A DNA stretch of 33,491 nt from Actinomycetes bacterium (lineage in GTDB: Bacteria; Actinomycetota; Actinomycetes; JAKEEW01). Position numbers and translations under genes: made by a program. Shown piece by piece: positions 27,742 to 33,491 of the stretch. Numbering within the stretch: position 1 is the first letter of the stretch; every line of letters starts with the position of its first letter. The notes beneath the pieces were generated by a model. That model ran no database searches. It was not told the origin of the DNA and saw only the letters and a program-made list of their open reading frames with translations. Where the stretch lies: positions 1-33,491 of the forward strand of contig DATFRM010000417.1 in NCBI GenBank assembly GCA_035263265.1. Direction: 5' to 3'.

Positions 27742-27779
27742 CACCAACGAACCCGGGCGTGCTACCCGGCAACCGTGCG

Positions 27780-28763
27780 CTAGCGGAGCGCGTGGGCGAG
27801 CTCGGCGGCCCAGTAGGTGAAGACCAGATCCGCGCCGGCGCGGCGAATCGACAGCACCGTCTCGGCGATCGCGCGCTCGCGGTCCAGCCAGCCGTTGGCC
27901 GCGGCCGCCTCGATCATCGCGTACTCACCGGACACCTGGTACGCGGCCACCGGCACGGTTACGGCGTCCTTGACCCGGCGCACGACGTCCAGATACGACA
28001 GCGCAGGCTTGACCATGACGATGTCCGCGCCCTCGACCAGGTCGAGATCGACCTCGCGCAGCGCCTCGATCCCGTTGGACGGATCCATCTGGTACGTGCG
28101 CCGATCGCCGATCAGTGAGGACTCAACCGCCTCGCGGAACGGCCCGTAGAACGCCGACGCGTACTTGGTGGCGTACGCGAGCAACACCACATCCGGCCGG
28201 CCGGCCGCGTCGAGTGCGGTGCGCACCGCGCCAACCTGGCCATCCATCATTCCGCTCATGCCGAGGACGGCCGCGCCGGCAGCCGCCTGTACCAGTCCCA
28301 TTTCGGCGTAGCGGGCCAGCGTCGCATCGTTGTCCACCGAACCGTCCGGACCGAGCACCCCGCAGTGCCCGTGCGATGTGTACTCGTCCAGGCAGACGTC
28401 ACTCATCACCACGGTCGCGTCGCCCACCTCGGCGACTACCTCGCGAAGCGCGACCTGCAGGATCCCGTCCGGATCGGTGCCGGCCAGGCCGAGCGGATCC
28501 TTGTGCTCCTCGCTCGGCACCGCGAACAGCATCACGCCACCCACGCCGGCCGCGGCCGCCTCCGAGACGGCCTTGCGCAGCGAGTCCGTCGTGTGCTGAA
28601 CGACACCGGGCATGGACCGGATCGGGATGGGCTCGGTCGCGCCCTCCTTGACGAACAGCGGCAATACCAGCTGTCGCGGCTCTACCGAAGTCTCGGCCAC
28701 CAGCCGGCGCAGCGCCGCGGTGGCGCGCAACCGGCGCGGCCGCTCAACCGGGTACGGACTCAT
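27780..28763 (-). CDS. hemB: Porphobilinogen synthase (delta-aminolevulinic acid dehydratase)
   Basis: Lies within the track ORF 27780..28817; I prefer the ATG at 28763 ([13 protein letters not shown]...), which follows a GGAGG Shine-Dalgarno. It shows [30 protein letters not shown], the active-site lysine regions MVKPAL.YLD and [10 protein letters not shown], and FTYWA. Confidence 0.93.
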   Translation of the reverse strand: MSPYPVERPRRLRATAALRRLVAETSVEPRQLVLPLFVKEGATEPIPIRSMPGVVQHTTDSLRKAVSEAAAAGVGGVMLFAVPSEEHKDPLGLAGTDPDGILQVALREVVAEVGDATVVMSDVCLDEYTSHGHCGVLGPDGSVDNDATLARYAEMGLVQAAAGAAVLGMSGMMDGQVGAVRTALDAAGRPDVVLLAYATKYASAFYGPFREAVESSLIGDRRTYQMDPSNGIEALREVDLDLVEGADIVMVKPALSYLDVVRRVKDAVTVPVAAYQVSGEYAMIEAAAANGWLDRERAIAETVLSIRRAGADLVFTYWAAELAHALR

Positions 28764-28779
28764 GAGGCCTCCGCGCTGT

Positions 28780-30390
28780 CTACTTCGCCTTCCGGCGGGC
28801 GGCCGACCGCCGCTCACTGGGCCGAGTCACCGGCTCCCCGGCCTCGGCCAGCGCCAGCCGCCGGGCAGCACCGTACTCCGCCAACGCCTCGGCCAGTGTC
28901 GAAACCGACGGCTCGCCGGCCAGCACGTCCACCCGCAGTCCGTGCTCCTCGGCGGTCTTCGCGGTTTGCGGACCGATGCAGGCGATCACCGTGGCGGCGT
29001 GCGGCTTGCCCGCGATCCCGACCAGATTGCGCACCGTGGACGACGAGGTGAAGATCACCGCGTCGAAGCCACCGCCCTTGATCGCCTCGCGAATCGGAGC
29101 CGGCGGCGGGGTGGCCCGCACCGTGCGGTACGCGGTCACATCGTCGACCTCCCAACCGAGCTCGATCAGGCCGGCGGCAAGCGTCTCGGTGGCGATGTCG
29201 GCGCGCGGCAGGAAGACTCGGTTGATCGGGTCGAACACTGAGTCGTAGGGCGGGAAGTCCTCGAGCAAACCGGCCGCCGACTGCTCGCCGGACGGCACCA
29301 GGTCCGGCTTGATACCGAACTCGCGGATCGCCGCCGCAGTGGCGTCGCCGACCACGGCGACCTTGATCCCGGCGAACGCGCGGGCGTCCAAGCCGTACTC
29401 CTCGAACCGCTCCCGTACCGCCTTGACCGCGTTCACCGAGGTGAACGCGACCCACTCGTAGCGGCCGGTCACCAGGCCCTTGATCGCGCGCTCCATCTGC
29501 TGCGGCGTACGCGGCGGCTCGACCGAGATGGTCGGCACCTCCTCGGGCACCGCCCCGTAGCTGCGCAGTTGCTCGGACAGCGCACCGGCCTGCTCCTTCG
29601 TGCGCGGCACCAGCACCCGCCAGCCGAACAGCGGCTTGGTTTCGTACCAGGACAGCGCGTCCCGGTGCTTGACCACCTCACCGATCACCGTGACCACCGG
29701 GCCCGACAGCTTCGCGGCGCGCACATCCGCGGCCACCCGCTCCAGCGTGGAGGCCACCGTGCGCTGCTCGGTCGTGGTTCCGCCGGCGGTGAGCAGCACC
29801 GGTGTGGCCGGCTTGCGCCCGGCCGCGATCAGCGCCTTGGCGATCTCGCCGATCGACCCCAACGCGTTGGCGAGCACGAGCGTCGTGTGCGGGTCGGCGT
29901 GCTGCGTCCAGTCCGGTCCGTTGGCAGCGTCGACGATGCTCACGTCGTGCACCGCTCGGGAGGTCAGCGGCACTCCCGCGTACTCGGGTACCGCAGTCAG
30001 CGCCGGCACCCCAGGCACGATCTCGAACGGGATATGCGCCCTGGCGCAAGCGGCTGCCTCCTCGGCCAGCGAGCCGTCCAGCGCCGGGTCGCCGTCGAAC
30101 AGCCGGACCACCCGCTTGCCCTGCTTCGCCGCGTCGACCAGCAGCTTGGCCCGTGCCGCCTGGGTCAGCGGCTCGCCATTCTGGCCGGTGCCGCCCTCGA
30201 TGATCTCGGCCGCCGGGTTGAGGAAGCGGGCGAGCCAGGTTCCGCGGGCGTGCTCGTCGAGAATGACCGCGTCAGCGGCTCGCAGCAGCTCGACGGCGCG
30301 TACGGTGAGCAGCTCCGGGTCACCGGGCCCGGCTCCGACCAACGCCACCCGGCCGACCGGCTTTTTCTTCATCGTTGAACTCGAGCTCAC
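28780..30390 (-). CDS. hemD: Fused uroporphyrinogen-III C-methyltransferase-like / uroporphyrinogen-III synthase protein
   Basis: 536 aa. The N-terminal tetrapyrrole-methylase fold reads [18 protein letters not shown]...AD.VILD...VVRL.DGDP...VPGVPA...AGVPLTSR. The C-terminal HemD domain begins near [12 protein letters not shown] and includes ...FTS.NAV... and ...IFTSSSTV. The GTG at 30390 overlaps the hemC stop (GTGA); an alternative ATG lies at 30372. Mycobacteria carry the same fusion at this position. Confidence 0.85.
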   Translation of the reverse strand: MSSSSTMKKKPVGRVALVGAGPGDPELLTVRAVELLRAADAVILDEHARGTWLARFLNPAAEIIEGGTGQNGEPLTQAARAKLLVDAAKQGKRVVRLFDGDPALDGSLAEEAAACARAHIPFEIVPGVPALTAVPEYAGVPLTSRAVHDVSIVDAANGPDWTQHADPHTTLVLANALGSIGEIAKALIAAGRKPATPVLLTAGGTTTEQRTVASTLERVAADVRAAKLSGPVVTVIGEVVKHRDALSWYETKPLFGWRVLVPRTKEQAGALSEQLRSYGAVPEEVPTISVEPPRTPQQMERAIKGLVTGRYEWVAFTSVNAVKAVRERFEEYGLDARAFAGIKVAVVGDATAAAIREFGIKPDLVPSGEQSAAGLLEDFPPYDSVFDPINRVFLPRADIATETLAAGLIELGWEVDDVTAYRTVRATPPPAPIREAIKGGGFDAVIFTSSSTVRNLVGIAGKPHAATVIACIGPQTAKTAEEHGLRVDVLAGEPSVSTLAEALAEYGAARRLALAEAGEPVTRPSERRSAARRKAK

Positions 30391-31412
30391 CTAGGACGCT
30401 CCTGCATCAGGCCGGCTGCGCCCCCGTCGAGCAGTGCGGCGGCGAGCCGGCGGCCAAGTCCGCCGGCATCGCTGGGGGGACCGGTGTTGGACATTCGTAC
30501 ACTTGCCGAGCCGTCGACCGCGGCCACCACGGCGCGCAGACCCAGCTCGGCCCCCGTCTCGGTCTCGATCAGCTCGGCATAGGCGCCGACCGGCGCCGAG
30601 CAGCCAGCCTCGAGGGCGGCCAGCAGCGCGCGCTCGGCCGTCACCGCGGCCCGGCTGGCCGGGTGTTCCAGCTCGCCCAGGGTGGCCAGAACGTCGGCGG
30701 CGCCGGCTCGGTCGCCGGCATCGGGAGTCGCCGGTACCTCCGTGCCGGCTCGATGAGCGGCGACGTCGGAGGAGGTTGCCGGGTCCAGGCACTCGACCGC
30801 GAGCGCACCCTGGCCGGGCGCCGGCAGCATGATCGACAGGTCGAGCACCTCGCTGGCCTCGTCGAGCCGGCCGAGGCGCTCCAGTCCGGCCCTGGCCAGC
30901 ACGACCGCATCCAGCTCGCCCTTGGCCAGGTAACCGATCCTGGTATCCACGTTGCCGCGGATCGCGATCACATCGAGGCCGAGCCCAAGCGCGTGCAGCT
31001 GCGCCGCGCGGCGCGGTGAGCCGGTGCCAACCCGGGCACCGGCCGGCAGATCGGCGAGCTTGCGACCGTACCGGCTGATCAGGATGTCCCGTGGGTCGGC
31101 GCGGGGTGGCACCGCCGCGATCACCAGGCCGGGTGCCGGGGCGGTGGGCAGGTCCTTGTACGAGTGGACGGCCAGGTCGATATCGCCGGCCAGCAGTGCC
31201 TCCCGCAGCGCGCTCACGAACACACCGGTGCCGCCGATCCGGGCCAGCGGTTCGCGCGCGACGTCTCCCTTCGTGGTGATCTCGACGAATTCCACCGGCC
31301 AGCCGGTCCGGGCGGTGATCGCATCGGCGACCAGCCTGGACTGGGCCAGGGCGAGGGCGCTCGCCCTGGTGCCTAGTCGCAGCACGCGGGAGTCCCGGCG
31401 GGATCCGCTCAC
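30387..31412 (-). CDS. hemC: Hydroxymethylbilane synthase (porphobilinogen deaminase)
   Basis: 341 aa. It shows LRLGTRAS.LA..Q......, I.T.GD, DLAVHSYKDLP, RGNVDTR and GQGALAVE, plus the cofactor-Cys region LEAGCSAPVGAYA. The GTG start overlaps the hemA stop (GTGA). Confidence 0.93.
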   Translation of the reverse strand: MSGSRRDSRVLRLGTRASALALAQSRLVADAITARTGWPVEFVEITTKGDVAREPLARIGGTGVFVSALREALLAGDIDLAVHSYKDLPTAPAPGLVIAAVPPRADPRDILISRYGRKLADLPAGARVGTGSPRRAAQLHALGLGLDVIAIRGNVDTRIGYLAKGELDAVVLARAGLERLGRLDEASEVLDLSIMLPAPGQGALAVECLDPATSSDVAAHRAGTEVPATPDAGDRAGAADVLATLGELEHPASRAAVTAERALLAALEAGCSAPVGAYAELIETETGAELGLRAVVAAVDGSASVRMSNTGPPSDAGGLGRRLAAALLDGGAAGLMQERPR

Positions 31413-32710
31413 TCGATCTCCTCCTCGATCACATCCGCGCGGCTGACCGCCTCCACCCGAGCCAGGTCGAGATCGAACAGCTCGCGCAACGCCTCGGCGT
31501 AGTCGCGGCCGGCCGGCTGTGCGGCCAGCTCCTTGACCCGCACGGTCGGGCCGTGCAGCAACTTGTCCACCACCCGGTGCACCGTGCGGGCGATCTCGGC
31601 GCGGTCCTCCTGGTCGAGCTCGGGCAACCGGGTGGACAGCCGTTGCAGCTCACGATCAACGACGCCGGCGGCCATCGACCGCAGCGCCACCACGGTCGGC
31701 ACCACCGCAGCGGCCCGCTGGAGTGCGGTGAAGCCCGCGACCTCCTCGCCGACCACCCGGCGCACCGCATCCACACTGTCCGCCGCGGCTTGTGCGGCGC
31801 CGGTACGGGAGATCGCGTCCAGGTCGACCAGCGTCACACCCGGAAGCTCGGCCACCTCGGGATCGGTGTCCCTGGGCAGCGCCAGATCCAGGATGGCCAA
31901 CGGCCGGCCGTCCCGGCTCGCCAGCGCCGCCTCGACCTGCGCCACCGGGAGCAGCCGATCCGGGGCGCCGGTACAGGTGATCACCAGATCGGCTGTGGTC
32001 AGCTCGGCGGCGGCCGCATCCAGCCCGATCGCGATCCCGTCGGTCTGCTCGGCCAGTCGCTGTCCACGCGCGTACGTTCGGTTTGCGATCACTAGCCGCG
32101 CCACGCCGGCACGGCGCAAGGTCGCCGCGGCCAGCCCGCTCATCGAGCCGGCCCCGATCAGCAACGCGTTCGCACCAGCGAGCGGCACGTCGACCAGCTC
32201 AAGCCCTACTCCGATGATCGAGCGCCCGACCCGGTCGATGTCGGTCTCCGCGCGTGCCCGCTTCCCGACTCGCAGCGCCCGCTGGAACAGTTCGTTGAGC
32301 ACCCGATCGGCGGCACCGGTCTCCTGAGCCCGGGCCAGCGCGGCCCGGACCTGGCCGAGAATCTGCCCCTCCCCGACCACCATCGACTCCAGCCCACAAG
32401 CCACCGAGTACAGATGGGCTACGGCGCGCTGCTCGTAATGCACGTACAGGTAGGGAGTCAGGCCGTCCAGCGCCAGCCCGGTATGCCGTGCCAGCAGCTC
32501 GGAGATTTCGGCGAGACCGGCGTGGAACCGCGCCGCCTCCGCATACACCTCGACCCGGTTGCAGGTCGCCAGCACCACGGCCTCGGCCAGGTGCTCGGCA
32601 CCGGCCGCATCCCGCAGCAACTTCGTGACGGCGTCGCCGGTGAGCGCGGTCCGCTCCAGGACGCTCACCGGTGCCGAGTGATGGGACAAGCCGACGACTA
32701 GAACACTCAC
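31409..32710 (-). CDS. hemA: Glutamyl-tRNA reductase
   Basis: 433 aa. It shows VVGLSHHSAPV..LE, the active-site motif LATCNRVEVY, ES.V.GE.QILGQV and the NADPH site IGAGSMSGLAA. The GTG start overlaps the rex stop (GTGA). Confidence 0.94.
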   Translation of the reverse strand: MSVLVVGLSHHSAPVSVLERTALTGDAVTKLLRDAAGAEHLAEAVVLATCNRVEVYAEAARFHAGLAEISELLARHTGLALDGLTPYLYVHYEQRAVAHLYSVACGLESMVVGEGQILGQVRAALARAQETGAADRVLNELFQRALRVGKRARAETDIDRVGRSIIGVGLELVDVPLAGANALLIGAGSMSGLAAATLRRAGVARLVIANRTYARGQRLAEQTDGIAIGLDAAAAELTTADLVITCTGAPDRLLPVAQVEAALASRDGRPLAILDLALPRDTDPEVAELPGVTLVDLDAISRTGAAQAAADSVDAVRRVVGEEVAGFTALQRAAAVVPTVVALRSMAAGVVDRELQRLSTRLPELDQEDRAEIARTVHRVVDKLLHGPTVRVKELAAQPAGRDYAEALRELFDLDLARVEAVSRADVIEEEIE

Positions 32711-33468
32711 GCTTCCACCGCCTGGGGGTACCCAGTCTCCCCCGCAAGCGCGGGTTTTGCCGCATCCGAGTTCGCCGCGTGGCCGGAAACGGCCGTCAGG
32801 GCGGCGAGCGCTGCGCCGCTGGCCTTGCGCTGCTCGTGGAAGGCCAGGATCTGCAGCTCGATGGACAGGTCCACCTTGCGCACTTCCACCCCGTCCGGCA
32901 CCGAAAGCACGGTGGGTGCGAAGTTCAGGATGCTGGTTACCCCGCAGGCCACCAGCCGGTCGCAGACGGCCTGGGCGCCGGCTGCCGGGGTGGCGATCAC
33001 CGCGATGTTCACCTGCTGCACGGCCAGCACCTGCTCCAGGTCGTCGATATGGCGAACCGACCGGCCGCCGATGTCCTCGCCGACTCGGTTGACGTCCGCG
33101 TCGAGCAGCGCCACCACCCGGAACCCGCGAGAGGCGAACCCGCCGTAGTTGGCCAGTGCGTGCCCGAGATTGCCCACGCCGATGATCGCTACCGCCCAGT
33201 CCTGGGTCAGGCCGAGCTCCCGGGAGATCTGGTAGATCAGGTACTCGACCTCGTAGCCGACACCGCGGGTTCCGTACGAACCGAGATAGGACAGGTCCTT
33301 GCGTAGCTTGGCCGAGTTGACTCCGGCGGCAGCCGCCAGCTCCTCGGACGAGATGGTCCGGGTGCCCCGGTCGGCCAGCCCGGTCAGCGCCCGGAGGTAC
33401 ACCGGCAGCCGGGCCACCGTGGCATCCGGGATCCCTCGGACGGTGCGGTTGGTGCGAACTGCGGACAC
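32707..33468 (-). CDS. rex: Redox-sensing transcriptional repressor Rex (NADH/NAD+ sensor)
   Basis: 253 aa with a GTG start. The winged-helix N-terminus reads IPDATVARLPVYLRAL......TISSEELA..AGVNSAKLRKDLSYLGSYGTRGVGYEV. The Rossmann motif is IIGVGNLGHALANY. The gene heads rex-hemA-hemC-hemD, as described for Streptomyces. Confidence 0.93.
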   Translation of the reverse strand: MSAVRTNRTVRGIPDATVARLPVYLRALTGLADRGTRTISSEELAAAAGVNSAKLRKDLSYLGSYGTRGVGYEVEYLIYQISRELGLTQDWAVAIIGVGNLGHALANYGGFASRGFRVVALLDADVNRVGEDIGGRSVRHIDDLEQVLAVQQVNIAVIATPAAGAQAVCDRLVACGVTSILNFAPTVLSVPDGVEVRKVDLSIELQILAFHEQRKASGAALAALTAVSGHAANSDAAKPALAGETGYPQAVEA

Positions 33469-33491
33469 GAGACTCCTGTAGAACCTGGAAC

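Noticed and set aside
27305-27820. 171-aa plus-strand ORF (and 27268..27558, 27150..27509) inside the long hemB-downstream non-coding island
   Set aside because: It is an Arg/Pro/Ser-rich translation that runs into the antisense of hemB and has no ribosome-binding site. I treat the island as non-coding.

Overview
Very GC-rich, actinobacterial-type chromosomal core region with nearly every gene on the minus strand. It is a contiguous block of respiratory-chain and cofactor-supply genes. From left to right: the first seven genes of the NADH dehydrogenase I operon (nuoG, partial at the left edge, back to nuoA), preceded by a geranylgeranyl-reductase (MenJ-like) gene. Next comes a menaquinone cluster (menG, menF, menD, menB, menE, menA) interrupted by a P-loop kinase-like gene and argS. 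Then the system II cytochrome c maturation genes (ccsB, resB, ccdA, TlpA-like thioredoxin), and haem biosynthesis genes (hemL, hemB, fused cobA/hemD, hemC, hemA) headed by the redox sensor rex. I found no rRNA, tRNA, CRISPR array, transposase, integrase, or recognisable defence or toxin system. I consider this an ordinary housekeeping region, not an accessory island. What the gene list does not explain is a set of small non-coding architectures: (1) a MIRU-like 62-bp tandem triplication of the nuoC-stop/nuoD-start junction that creates two translationally coupled 21-codon mini-ORFs; (2) a 45/46-bp tandem triplication of the menB 3' end, adjacent to an 18-22-bp inverted repeat around a lower-GC 64-nt core just upstream of argS; (3) a 38-bp near-perfect palindrome with a near-consensus Rex operator core upstream of the MenJ-like/nuo genes; (4) a 514-bp non-coding island downstream of hemB with a perfect 13-bp inverted repeat. 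All product calls rest on motifs I recognise in the supplied translations and on synteny. No database search was run.
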